Below, piece after piece: positions 30,638-40,411 of a stretch of DNA of 64,000 nt. This DNA is from Halobacteriovoraceae bacterium (GTDB taxonomy: Bacteria > Bdellovibrionota > Bacteriovoracia > Bacteriovoracales > Bacteriovoracaceae): assembly GCA_963719505.1 (NCBI GenBank), contig CAVRCF010000002.1, positions 192,001-256,000 on the forward strand, given 5' to 3'. Both the position numbers and the translations under genes were made by a program. Each line of letters starts with the position of its first letter. Within the stretch, counting starts at the first letter, position 1. Under the pieces are notes generated by a model. The model was not told the origin of the DNA. It saw only the letters and a program-made list of their open reading frames with translations, and searched no databases.

Positions 30638-30973
30638 CTTGATAGATGCTCGATACCTTTTTAAGAAAAAGGTGAACATAGGAGCTTTGCTTTTGATCTG
30701 GTTTTCTAGTACATCTATGTGAATGGGTGAGAATATTAATGTTCCCATGAAATAGCTGTCTGTTAGAAGTGGTGGGTATGTAGAGAGTAGATTTATCAAA
30801 AAACTTACAACTACTATTTGGCGGGATTATTATCTCTCGAAGCCACATAGTTGTCATATAATAAGTTTAACGTCTATGCAAATCAATGAGAATGAGTTTA
30901 CTTGAGCTTGGGTGTCTAATCTTTATACATTATTGTTCTAAACCATGTAAACGATTCTCATTCGTTGTTTCCG

Positions 30974-30990
30974 CTACCCCCCTGGGGTAT
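30974..30990. promoter_or_regulatory. CsoR-type operator
   Basis: CTACCCCCCTGGGGTAT upstream of multicopper oxidase 2. Confidence 0.7.
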
Positions 30991-31020
30991 CCTGGGTTTA
31001 GTTAGAAACAAAAGTAATCT

Positions 31021-33180
31021 ATGGAGCCACAAATGTACTTATTAAAGAAATCCTTCTTTCTATTAGCGCTAGCCTTAAGTTTTAACACTTTTGCAAAGGT
31101 TGTAGAGTACGAGCTAAACGTCGAACACAAAACCGTCAATTTTACAGGAGTCGATGTTAAACACGCATTAGCCATTAATGGCTCAATTCCAGCACCAACA
31201 CTTAAATTCAAAAAAGGTGATACAGCTCTAATAACAGTTAACAATAAGACAAATGAGCCAACAACTCTTCATTGGCATGGATTATTAGTGCCTTGGGATC
31301 AAGATGGACCTCAATTTGCCAACACCCTTATTATTGAGCCAGGAAAAACTTATGTTTTTGAATTTCCTCTAACCCATACAGGAACCTATTGGTATCATTC
31401 TCATACGGAACTCCAAGAACAACGAGGTCTTTACGGCGCCATAGTTATTGAAGATGATCACGACCGTTTTGAAACGGATCACGATATTGAAGTGGTAATG
31501 AGTGATTGGACTAACGAGCATCCGGATCAAGTCTTAGCAAACCTTAAAATGGACGGAGATTATTACGTTTATAAGAAAAACACTAATACATCAATTTATA
31601 GTGCAATTAGAGCAGGAAAGTTTTGGGACTACGTTAAAAGTGAATGGACCAAAATGGGCCCCATGGACTTAAGTGATGTAGGCTATGATGCATTTTTAAT
31701 TAACGGAAAACAAAATCAAAGTCTAATGAATATAAAGGCTGGAGACACTGTAAGGCTCCGCTTAATAAATGCTTCTGCTTCAACTTATTTTTATGCCAAT
31801 CTTGGAAAATTATTTGATTTTAAAGTTATCACTAAAGATGGTGTTGAGATACAACCTCTTGAGGTAAATGAAATTTTAATTGGTATTGCTGAGACTTACG
31901 ATATTATTTTTACCATGCCAGAACATAAGGCACTAGAGTTTAAAGCAACTGCTCAGGATATTACGGGAGCTGGAAGTTTAATTTTAGGAAAAGGTCATCA
32001 TGTTGAAAAAGTACCCATGAAGATGAGACCAAGTCCATATGGTATGGGAGATATGGATCATGGTGGTGGAATGGGCGACGGCGGAGGTCACGGTGGTGGA
32101 CACGATGGCCATGCAATGAAAGTTTCTCAAGAAGAGATTGAGCAGATGCCAATGACTAAAAGATTAAACTACAAAGACATTAAATCTCCAAAAATGACAA
32201 TGTTTGATATGTCTCTTCCTAGAAGAGATTATACTTTAGAATTAAATGGAGATATGGATAGATACAATTGGACGATTAACGGAAAGTCTTTCTCTGAAGA
32301 TAAGTTTCTTATGGTTAAATACAATGAAGTTGTAAGAATAAAATACGTAAACAAAACAATGATGCATCACCCGATGCACCTCCATGGTCATTTCTTTAGA
32401 GTTCTAAATGGACAAGGCCACTTTGCTCCAAAGTTTCACACTGTTGATGTTCCTCCAATGGGAGAAATAACAATTGAGTTTCATGCAAATGAGCCAGGGA
32501 TTTGGTTTTTACACTGTCACAACCTCTACCATATGAAGATGGGAATGGCGAGATTGGTTAAGTACGAGGGCTTTGAAAGGCCGGATGTTTTAGTTGAGAA
32601 CGAAAGAAGATGGACTCGGTATATGACTCATGATGATACTTCATTCACTAGCGCAGAACTTGGAGTTGCCTCTAATGCTTCCGAACTTGAAGTGAAAATT
32701 TCTAAAGGAAAATATCAAGTTGATATCAATTTAGAGATGGATCAATATGATGTGAATAATCTTGATGGAGAAGTATTATTTAAAAGATATATTGATCGTT
32801 TTTTAAATATCTATGCTGGGGTTGAATATGATGATGGTCAAATGCATAGCGTACTTGGAGCAGCTTATACAGTACCGCTTAGAGTTGAGGTTAAAACACA
32901 TCTGAGATCTGATGGTAAGTTGATTGTATCGTTGAGTAAAATGTTTCCTATTACTAAAAGAGTAAGTATTGATTTTTCTGGAAGAGGAGCGTTTGGAATC
33001 AATGATGCTCCTGAATGGGAGTTTAACTCCGGTCTTTATTATCAGATGTCTCCAAGAACTAGCGTAGGAGTTAACTATAGATATGATACAAATATTGGAC
33101 CAACAGTAGGGGTAGGTCTGAGAGTAAACCTAAATCGAAGTCGGACAAAGAAAAAGAAGAGAAAGAAGCCACTGTTTTAA
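31021..33180 (+). CDS. Multicopper oxidase (CopA/PcoA-like) with Met/His/Gly linker and C-terminal beta-rich domain
   Basis: LHWHG, WYHSH, HPMHLHGH, HCHNLYHM. Confidence 0.92.
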   Translation: MEPQMYLLKKSFFLLALALSFNTFAKVVEYELNVEHKTVNFTGVDVKHALAINGSIPAPTLKFKKGDTALITVNNKTNEPTTLHWHGLLVPWDQDGPQFANTLIIEPGKTYVFEFPLTHTGTYWYHSHTELQEQRGLYGAIVIEDDHDRFETDHDIEVVMSDWTNEHPDQVLANLKMDGDYYVYKKNTNTSIYSAIRAGKFWDYVKSEWTKMGPMDLSDVGYDAFLINGKQNQSLMNIKAGDTVRLRLINASASTYFYANLGKLFDFKVITKDGVEIQPLEVNEILIGIAETYDIIFTMPEHKALEFKATAQDITGAGSLILGKGHHVEKVPMKMRPSPYGMGDMDHGGGMGDGGGHGGGHDGHAMKVSQEEIEQMPMTKRLNYKDIKSPKMTMFDMSLPRRDYTLELNGDMDRYNWTINGKSFSEDKFLMVKYNEVVRIKYVNKTMMHHPMHLHGHFFRVLNGQGHFAPKFHTVDVPPMGEITIEFHANEPGIWFLHCHNLYHMKMGMARLVKYEGFERPDVLVENERRWTRYMTHDDTSFTSAELGVASNASELEVKISKGKYQVDINLEMDQYDVNNLDGEVLFKRYIDRFLNIYAGVEYDDGQMHSVLGAAYTVPLRVEVKTHLRSDGKLIVSLSKMFPITKRVSIDFSGRGAFGINDAPEWEFNSGLYYQMSPRTSVGVNYRYDTNIGPTVGVGLRVNLNRSRTKKKKRKKPLF

Positions 33181-33299
33181 ATGATATTAGGAGCTACTTC
33201 GATTAACTAAGTCGTTTGTGAAGTTTCTAGGCAGTAAAGAGAGTTCTTTTTTTAGACTTAGTTAAAGCTAATATATTTTCATTTACTGATGGATAAATT

Positions 33300-34520
33300 A
33301 TGAATATAGAGTCAAGATTTTTTAACTTATGGGCTGAGTCAGCTTTTACTTCACTTGGACTCTTTTGGATGGCTTTTTGGGCTTTTGGATTAGGCTACTT
33401 GATAAGTTCAATGATTCAAATATTCATTACCAAAAATAAGATGAAACAAGTAATGGGAGAATCAGGATTTAAATCCATCTCTTTTGCAACATTCTTCGGC
33501 TTTATATCTAGTTCTTGCTCCTTTGCAGCCCTATCTACCACAAGGGCTTTATTTGCAAAAGGGGCGGGTATGGTACCCTCTTTAGCATTTCTACTTGCTT
33601 CTACAAATTTAGTTGTCGAACTTGGAATTGCAATTTCATTGTTTCTTAGTTGGCAATTTGTTTTAGGGGAATATCTCGGTGGGCTATTAATGATTTTATT
33701 GATGACTGTGTTAGTTAAGTTAACGCTGAGTAGTGAACTTGAAAAATCAGCTAGAGATAAAGCAAAAAAAATTGAAAATTCAAGCAATTCAGATTCTGCA
33801 CATGAATGGAAGGAAATAATCTCAGAGATTTCTGTTTGGAAACTAATTGGAAATAAATATTTAATGGAATGGAAAATGGTTTGGAAAGATGTACTCGTCG
33901 GCTTCACCGTTGCTGGGATAATAGCAGTCTATATTCCTAAAGAGTTTTTCCAGAATCTTTTTATCGGCAGTGGCTCTGAGTCGCTTGAGATATGGCAAGT
34001 GATTTTACACTCATTAATTGGGCCTATTGCTGCATTTATAACATTTATTGGATCGATGGGAAATATTCCATTAGCAGCCGTTCTTTTTAGTAATGGAGTG
34101 AGCTTTGCCGGAGTGATGGCGTTTCTTTTTAGCGACTTAGTTGTTTTTCCTGTAATGAGAATTCAAATAAAATACTATGGTATTAAGATGGCAATATATA
34201 TTGGAGCAATATTCCTAAGTATTCTAAGTTTGACATCTGTTATAATGCATTATGGATTTATGTATTTTGATATACTTCCAAGCTCATCAAATTCAAGTCA
34301 CATATCTAGTAGAGAGTTCTTTCAAGTTGATTACTCGTTTTACTTGAATTTATTCTTTTTTTTACTTTCATTCACTTTTCTTTTTATTAATTTCAAAAGA
34401 ACTGATAGTCTGTTTAAGTTCAACTGGCCTAAAAGAATAAGTGAAAAGGTATTACTTAGTTTTACCTTTATTTCATTCACTTGGGTTAGTATTGGTTTCG
34501 CTATTCATTTATTTGTCTAG
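33300..34520 (+). CDS. Permease (ArsP/DUF318-like)
   Basis: SSCSF and GSMGNIP motifs; many TM helices. Confidence 0.8.
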   Translation: MNIESRFFNLWAESAFTSLGLFWMAFWAFGLGYLISSMIQIFITKNKMKQVMGESGFKSISFATFFGFISSSCSFAALSTTRALFAKGAGMVPSLAFLLASTNLVVELGIAISLFLSWQFVLGEYLGGLLMILLMTVLVKLTLSSELEKSARDKAKKIENSSNSDSAHEWKEIISEISVWKLIGNKYLMEWKMVWKDVLVGFTVAGIIAVYIPKEFFQNLFIGSGSESLEIWQVILHSLIGPIAAFITFIGSMGNIPLAAVLFSNGVSFAGVMAFLFSDLVVFPVMRIQIKYYGIKMAIYIGAIFLSILSLTSVIMHYGFMYFDILPSSSNSSHISSREFFQVDYSFYLNLFFFLLSFTFLFINFKRTDSLFKFNWPKRISEKVLLSFTFISFTWVSIGFAIHLFV

Positions 34521-34618
34521 GTATGTGTTCTAAAACTTAATATGCAGTTTATATTGTGAAATAACCTTACTTATATGTTAAATATTGAATTTATATGTTT
34601 TTCTAGTATTATTGACAC

Positions 34619-34984
34619 ATGAAGATTTTGCTATTTATATTTTCTTTTTTAATCATTGTAAGTGTATCAATTCAAAGTCCTCAAGTCTCAGACATGAGTA
34701 TCGTTGATATTCATATAAGTTACATTATGAACAATACTGTAACTCATCATGATAATATCGATGATTCAGTACATACTCATACTCACAAGCACTCGGAAGA
34801 TGGTGAAGAGCACGAACATAATCACGATCACAATAGCACGACCCAACTCAATCTAAAGCTTTTTAGTAAATATTCAATTCTGTTTATCGATTCATTAAAA
34901 GATGAGGGAAGAATAAAATTTCCATTTAAATCGATGACACTTTCCGAATACCAGCTCTCTATCTATCGTCCTCCAATTTCTTAG
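34619..34984 (+). CDS. His-rich secreted small protein ending RPPIS; candidate regulatory leader
   Basis: Signal peptide, HTHTHKHSEDGEEHEHNHDH tract, C-terminal YRPPIS; first gene of the hupE operon. Confidence 0.75.
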   Translation: MKILLFIFSFLIIVSVSIQSPQVSDMSIVDIHISYIMNNTVTHHDNIDDSVHTHTHKHSEDGEEHEHNHDHNSTTQLNLKLFSKYSILFIDSLKDEGRIKFPFKSMTLSEYQLSIYRPPIS

Positions 34985-35023
34985 TTTAATTAAAAAATTT
35001 TAATATTTAACTAGGAGAACGAA

Positions 35024-35806
35024 ATGTTTAAACTTTTTATAAGTTTCATTCCACTATTGTGGTCTGTAAACTCATTCGCCCATGGAATTAGTCCAGAAGC
35101 ACGTCAGGCAATGATCGATGGTGGATATCTAAAATATGTAATGCTAGGAGCAGAACATATGATTACTGGATATGACCATTTACTATTTTTATTTGGAGTC
35201 ATTTTCTTTTTAACGAGCTTTAAAAGTATCGTTAAATTTATAAGTATCTTTACACTCGGGCACAGTGTTACTCTTATAGGTGCAACATTTTTAGGAATAA
35301 CAGCAAATTATTGGTTGATAGATGCAGTAATCGCCTTGAGTGTTTGTTATAAAGGATTTGATAACAACAATGGATTCAAAGACTATCTAGGCTTTAAGAA
35401 GGCTCCAAATCTTTTGTGGATGGTTTTTATTTTTGGACTGATTCATGGCTTTGGACTATCGACAAGACTACAACAGTTACCTCTAGGGGATAAGGGACTT
35501 GAGATGCTTGGTCGAATCTTGTCTTTTAATGTTGGTGTAGAGCTTGGCCAAGTTTTCGCACTTTTTATTATGTTACTCATTTTGAACAATATAAGGACTC
35601 TTGGTTTTTTTCAAAGATTCTCCAAAGTGGCTAATCACGGACTGATACTTGCTGGGTTTATGTTGTTACTAATGCAGCTACATGGATATCAACATACATC
35701 CAGTCCTGATGATTTCGGCTTCTCAGAAGATAGTCATTACCATCACCACTTGAAAATGGACGAAACTGAAAAATCTAAACCTGCAACTATTCACGATAAT
35801 CTATAA
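35024..35806 (+). CDS. HupE/UreJ-family Ni/Co transporter
   Basis: GAEHMITGYDHLLFL, FTLGHS, FGLIHGFG, FNVGVELGQ. Confidence 0.88.
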   Translation: MFKLFISFIPLLWSVNSFAHGISPEARQAMIDGGYLKYVMLGAEHMITGYDHLLFLFGVIFFLTSFKSIVKFISIFTLGHSVTLIGATFLGITANYWLIDAVIALSVCYKGFDNNNGFKDYLGFKKAPNLLWMVFIFGLIHGFGLSTRLQQLPLGDKGLEMLGRILSFNVGVELGQVFALFIMLLILNNIRTLGFFQRFSKVANHGLILAGFMLLLMQLHGYQHTSSPDDFGFSEDSHYHHHLKMDETEKSKPATIHDNL

Positions 35807-35815
35807 GGAGAATAA

Positions 35816-36175
35816 ATGAAAATTTTAATAATCTTGTTGAGTATGATACTAAGTACTTTTACATTTGCTGGAATTGGTGGGGGGCACTCTCACGGACATG
35901 GTCACAGTCATGAAAAGAAAGTGGCGGTTAAATTGATTGATGCTAAAAAAGCTGAAAAGTTAGCTAGAAATAAAGTAAGAGTTTTGGCTTTCCAAGAAAA
36001 GATTGATTTAACTTGGAATAGTGCGAAGTTGGCATCAGCAATCATTAAAGAGTTTAAAGGTAAAAAAGAGTGGCTCGTAACTTTTTCTAATGAAAAAGGA
36101 AAAAAAGGTAAAACTCTCTATATCTTTTTAAAGCCTGATGGTGAATTTGTAGCCGCAAACTTTACTGGTAAATAA
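35816..36175 (+). CDS. His-rich secreted protein (DUF6488-like)
   Basis: GGGHSHGHGHSH; C-terminal LYIFL...GEFVAANFTGK. Confidence 0.7.
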   Translation: MKILIILLSMILSTFTFAGIGGGHSHGHGHSHEKKVAVKLIDAKKAEKLARNKVRVLAFQEKIDLTWNSAKLASAIIKEFKGKKEWLVTFSNEKGKKGKTLYIFLKPDGEFVAANFTGK

Positions 36176-36176
36176 T

Positions 36177-36515
36177 ATGTGGTTAACAATAAGTAAGACT
36201 ATTGTTGCTGCAATACTTATTAGTTATGTTTCCTGGCTTTCAGGAAAAAAAACAGGTTTGGCAGGGTTTTTAACAGCCCTGCCTCTTACTACATTACTGG
36301 CATTAGCCTTCTCACACATGGAATGGGGAGATAATAACCAGTCTGTTGAATATGCTAAGAGTGTTTTTGTTGCGATACCAGTATCTTTATTATTTTTCAT
36401 ACCATTTTTATTGGCCGAGAAGCTAAATTTAAGCTTTTGGACTTGCTATGGAAGTGGAGTGGCTCTCTTAGGAGTTGGATACTTTATCCATTCTCAGATC
36501 ACTAAATTTATCTAA
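36177..36515 (+). CDS. Small membrane protein (DUF3147-like)
   Basis: 4 TM helices, AGFLTALPLTTLL. Confidence 0.7.
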   Translation: MWLTISKTIVAAILISYVSWLSGKKTGLAGFLTALPLTTLLALAFSHMEWGDNNQSVEYAKSVFVAIPVSLLFFIPFLLAEKLNLSFWTCYGSGVALLGVGYFIHSQITKFI

Positions 36516-36548
36516 TTCATATTTACTATCCTCGGTTGTTCATATAAT

Positions 36549-36565
36549 ATACTGGGGTATAGTAT
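36549..36565. promoter_or_regulatory. RcnR/DmeR-type operator
   Basis: ATACT-GGGGTAT-AGTAT fits the RcnR TACT-N7(G-rich)-AGTA pattern, just before the regulator RBS. Confidence 0.75.
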
Positions 36566-36576
36566 GTGGAGGTGGA

Positions 36577-36855
36577 ATGGCTCATATTTCTGAAGACAGA
36601 ACAAAGATTAAATCGAGAATAAAAAAAATTAAGGGCCAACTCGAAGCGGTTGAGCGTGCTTTAGATAATGGTAAGGAGTGCTTCACCGTTTTACAGACTC
36701 TTTCTGCTTGTAGAGGTGGGCTTAATGGACTTATGGGGGAATTAATTGAAGGGCATGTTAAAGAACATGTTATGAAAAATCCTACAGCTCCTAAAACACC
36801 ACAGGATAAATCTGCACTAGAGTTAATTAAATTAATGAAAACATATTGGAAGTAA
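36577..36855 (+). CDS. dmeR: RcnR/DmeR-family Ni/Co-sensing repressor
   Basis: True start MAHISED after GGAGG; His3, Cys (KECF) and H-x3-H (GHVKEH) ligand set. Confidence 0.85.
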   Translation: MAHISEDRTKIKSRIKKIKGQLEAVERALDNGKECFTVLQTLSACRGGLNGLMGELIEGHVKEHVMKNPTAPKTPQDKSALELIKLMKTYWK

Positions 36856-36867
36856 GGATAAGCAATT

Positions 36868-37806
36868 ATGTCACATGCAAGCCACGAACATAATCACGAT
36901 TATGTAATTAAAGATAGTAAGATTGGAGCCAACGAGAAAAAAACAATGTTTGTCGTGGGACTAACTTTTGTAACAATGGTAGTTGAAGTTACCTATGGTT
37001 ATATCACAGGATCTATGGCTCTCCTTGCAGATGGCTGGCATATGGCAAGTCACGTTGGTGCACTCGGTATATCATTGATTGCATATAGGCTTGCAAGGTC
37101 CCATAAGCTTAATCAAAAATTCTCTTTTGGAGCAGGTAAGCTAATTCCCCTTGGAGGCTATACAAGTGCTTTGATGCTAGGTATGGTCGCTATTTTTATG
37201 GGTGTAGAGTCAATTGAAAGGTTTCTTAATCCCACCATTATTGATTTTTCTGTCGCCATTTGGGTTTCAGTAGTCGGTTTGATCGTAAATCTTTTAAGCG
37301 CTCTTTTATTAAAAGATTCTCATGATCATCATCACGAGCACGATGATCACCATCATCATCAAAATGAAGGAGAGCATGTACACGATCATAATCATCAAAG
37401 TGCACTTGTTCATGTTATTGCTGATGCGTTTACTTCAGTTCTTGCAATAGTTGCTTTAATTCTTGGAAAATACTTTGGGTGGTACTGGGCAGACCCTATA
37501 ATGGGAATTGTGGGCTCTGTAGTAATATTAAAATGGGCATATGGGCTTTGCAAAGGAACTGTTTGGGAACTACTAGATGGAAATTCTAAGTTGATCAAAA
37601 AAGATGAAATAAAAAAACTTTTTGCTCAAGATAAAAATGTAGAGATAACGGATTTACATATTTGGAGAATTGCACCAAACGCTCATGCATGTGAAGTTAT
37701 GATTTATAATAACGACTTGATAGGGAGCGAATTCTATCGAGATAAAATATTGAAAAATTTTGATATTGAACATTTGATTATTGAAGAGAGATCATGCGTT
37801 CATTAA
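36868..37806 (+). CDS. dmeF: DmeF-type Co/Ni CDF exporter
   Basis: GSMALLADGWHMASH, His-rich loop, HVIADA, DLHIW. Confidence 0.9.
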   Translation: MSHASHEHNHDYVIKDSKIGANEKKTMFVVGLTFVTMVVEVTYGYITGSMALLADGWHMASHVGALGISLIAYRLARSHKLNQKFSFGAGKLIPLGGYTSALMLGMVAIFMGVESIERFLNPTIIDFSVAIWVSVVGLIVNLLSALLLKDSHDHHHEHDDHHHHQNEGEHVHDHNHQSALVHVIADAFTSVLAIVALILGKYFGWYWADPIMGIVGSVVILKWAYGLCKGTVWELLDGNSKLIKKDEIKKLFAQDKNVEITDLHIWRIAPNAHACEVMIYNNDLIGSEFYRDKILKNFDIEHLIIEERSCVH

Positions 37807-38111
37807 TGTTTTTTTAGAGAAAAAAATTGAATGAAATTAATAGTATAAATTAAAGATATTGCTTAGGTGGCTCTTTTCATTGCTTGGACAACTTTAACTC
37901 GATAAATTGCTGTTATGAAAAATCTGATTAATGTACAAAACCGACCGGAGTAAATATGGCTAAACTTGAGTGTGGATTAAATGAGTTTTATAATAATTAA
38001 TACGGATCATTATTCTTAATAAACGATTTATATAGCATGCTCAAAATTGAAAATTAACAAGTAATTGTTAGGAAAGTAAAGAGAAGCGAATTTCAATTTT
38101 AGCCATGCTTA

Positions 38112-38420
38112 TCAACCTCCGCCACCATCTTGTCCGCCAGAAAATGCTCTTACTGTTGATAAATCTAAATTTATACCATTGCTAAACTCAACATTTAATA
38201 AGTTAAGATTGCCTGGTATTTCAATAAATCCATTTCGAAGCTGAACAGAAGGTTCTTTTACTAATTCAGCCAAACTCAGTATTTCTCTGCTTGATGTTTC
38301 AACAGATTGAATTTTTCCTGCCTCTAGTAAAAGCTTTGTCGGTTTTTTGATACTCTCTAAGCTTTGTCCGAAACTAACTGAATAAGAGATAACTGATATT
38401 AATACTAATAATTTTTTCAT
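38112..38420 (-). CDS. Secreted hypothetical protein with C-terminal GGQDGGGG
   Basis: Signal peptide; 4-bp overlap with the upstream gene. Confidence 0.7.
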   Translation of the reverse strand: MKKLLVLISVISYSVSFGQSLESIKKPTKLLLEAGKIQSVETSSREILSLAELVKEPSVQLRNGFIEIPGNLNLLNVEFSNGINLDLSTVRAFSGGQDGGGG

Positions 38421-39241
38421 TGTAATACCCTCCTATCATCTTCAAAGCTTTTAAAGTCATCTAGCAGAATAGAGTAAAATATTGGCTCTGTTCTCTGAGT
38501 TGTTTTATCAATATTTACGTCCCTAAGTAAAGAATTTAGTTGGTCTAATGCATTCAAATTTACCATGTCATTATGAAGAATGGCGCTGATAATCTCTTTG
38601 AAATATCTTGTAGCATGATGAATTAATGTTCTTTTTTCTTTGGATATTAATTGTGTACCAAAATATATAAAATTCTTAAGTTTTCCACAGTTTTTATCTT
38701 TATGGTAATTAGAAGAATTTGAAATTTGTTTTCTTAATACATTGAAATTAGGCTTCAACTTTTCAAATTTACTTTTAATATTACCGTTTGTATCAATAGA
38801 TACAATAGACAAAGATTCCATATCAAGAAGAGTTGTAACGCCAGAGTAGCCCATTGACTCTTTAACCTGCTCTACTGTTTTGAAGTATCCAAGTTCAATC
38901 ATATTTGCCAATGCAAAGGTATTGGGATCAGTGAATAATCTTTCTTGATCTTGGTTAATTCTATCTTTAGTAGAAGTGTCTGATAGTAAGTTTAATAGTG
39001 TTGTATTATTTGGCTCGTGCTGATTTATAAGACTAAGGCTAGCTTCTTTTTCAAATAAGAAGTTCATTATTTCTGCAAGTTCTAGTGGTTGAAAATCACG
39101 TTTTTCATTAAATGATCTATTCAAAGTTGAATAGCTTAGAGAAGTATTTCTCTCTATATCCTTTAAGCTTATGGAGTGATCTCTAACATGATTAGAAATC
39201 ATTTCAAAAATAGATGTATTTTCTTGGTTAGATAAATTCAA
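38417..39241 (-). CDS. N-terminal HTH protein, TIGR02147/DUF4423-like architecture
   Basis: ISLKDIERNTSLSYSTLNR HTH; size and layout resemble Bdellovibrionota TIGR02147-type proteins (unverified). Confidence 0.5.
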   Translation of the reverse strand: MNLSNQENTSIFEMISNHVRDHSISLKDIERNTSLSYSTLNRSFNEKRDFQPLELAEIMNFLFEKEASLSLINQHEPNNTTLLNLLSDTSTKDRINQDQERLFTDPNTFALANMIELGYFKTVEQVKESMGYSGVTTLLDMESLSIVSIDTNGNIKSKFEKLKPNFNVLRKQISNSSNYHKDKNCGKLKNFIYFGTQLISKEKRTLIHHATRYFKEIISAILHNDMVNLNALDQLNSLLRDVNIDKTTQRTEPIFYSILLDDFKSFEDDRRVLQ

Positions 39242-39476
39242 ATGTTTCCCCTAATTGTGTGATGTGTAAATATATTAAGTCTGAATTTGAGTCAAATGGT
39301 GTGGGTAATTTTTATTCAATTTGAATAAGGGCAATGACATTTTAGATGTTTAGAACCTTAAAAATAATTAATTTAACCAATTTGGTTAAACTCACTAGAT
39401 TCTATTCCAAAAAATTGAACTTCATTTACTTATCCTCCATAACAAATAAATCAAATTCTTCAAAGGAGAGAGAAGT

Positions 39477-39803
39477 ATGAAAGCAAATTTATTTTTAACA
39501 ATTTTTTTAGTGCAAGTAACAAGTGCATTTAGTTGCTCTTTAGATGAGTGGAGTCAGTTAGCCACATCAATAGAGAATTCATCTGTACTTAACTCAGAGG
39601 ATGTAATTGCGACTGGTACGCTTAGTTATGATCTTAACGAGTTAAAGAGAGTTGTTGGAGAATGCAACAAGCTTAAGAGCAACGTTGGTTGCTACAGAGG
39701 AATCTTACAAAGCAGATCAAGAGAAATATCTAGACTAGAGTTCACAAACCTTCAGTGTGAATCATTAAATGAAATACATAATATATTAACAGGGAGAGAG
39801 TAA
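39477..39803 (+). CDS. Hypothetical secreted protein
   Basis: AAGGAG RBS, signal peptide, 4 Cys. Confidence 0.7.
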   Translation: MKANLFLTIFLVQVTSAFSCSLDEWSQLATSIENSSVLNSEDVIATGTLSYDLNELKRVVGECNKLKSNVGCYRGILQSRSREISRLEFTNLQCESLNEIHNILTGRE

Positions 39804-40219
39804 TGGAAAAAATGATTATGAGTATTATATTTTTAAGTAGCTTTAACACATTTGCATATTCAGATGGTGTGTACTTTTCAAAAAAAGATCCAAAAATAAA
39901 AGTTAAGATTGATGGAGATATTGTAGAGGGATACACGACTCGTGGGTTTAGATTTTCTGGTGATAAATGTTATCTATACTCAGTGAGTAGAATTGTTGAT
40001 TTTAGAGGCAATCAGCTTCAATTAGAACATGTAATAAGTCGTTTAGTTAATTCTTCTTCAAATACTTCTGGCTGTGTTCAGAGAATTGAAGAGGTAAACA
40101 ACAGATCATATTTCAATCCTGAAAATGGACATACGTATAGATATAAAGGCTCATCACTCGATCTTAGTGGATATTCTAAAACTAATGAACCTTTTAATGG
40201 ACTACATATACTTTATTAA
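39803..40219 (+). CDS. Hypothetical secreted protein
   Basis: TAATG coupling to the previous gene; signal peptide. Confidence 0.7.
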   Translation: MEKMIMSIIFLSSFNTFAYSDGVYFSKKDPKIKVKIDGDIVEGYTTRGFRFSGDKCYLYSVSRIVDFRGNQLQLEHVISRLVNSSSNTSGCVQRIEEVNNRSYFNPENGHTYRYKGSSLDLSGYSKTNEPFNGLHILY

Positions 40220-40243
40220 TAAAGACTTATTTGGGAGAGGGAA

Positions 40244-40399
40244 ATGAATGAATTTTATTCAAAGATTAAAGAGGATTTTTTAGAGCTTTGCGGTGCAATT
40301 AGTGTTGAAGAGCTTGTCGATAATCATAGAGCAATTGAACTTATTAAAGAAATTGATAACGTTTTGAAGGATGTTTCAATTACAAGTTTATATTTATAA
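40244..40399 (+). CDS. Small hypothetical protein (51 aa, not in the ORF track)
   Basis: GAGAGGG RBS; MNEFYSKIKEDFLELCGA...ITSLYL*. Confidence 0.5.
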   Translation: MNEFYSKIKEDFLELCGAISVEELVDNHRAIELIKEIDNVLKDVSITSLYL

Positions 40400-40411
40400 G
40401 AGGAGAGAATA

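Noticed and set aside
30587-30857. Minus-strand ORFs 30587..30799 and 30615..30857
   Set aside because: Short, overlapping, with no RBS or motif; at most a decayed gene fragment
36475-36576. N-terminal extension of the RcnR/DmeR ORF in the track
   Set aside because: It overlaps the previous gene and the operator; the real start is ATG 36577 with a GGAGG RBS, which places His at position 3
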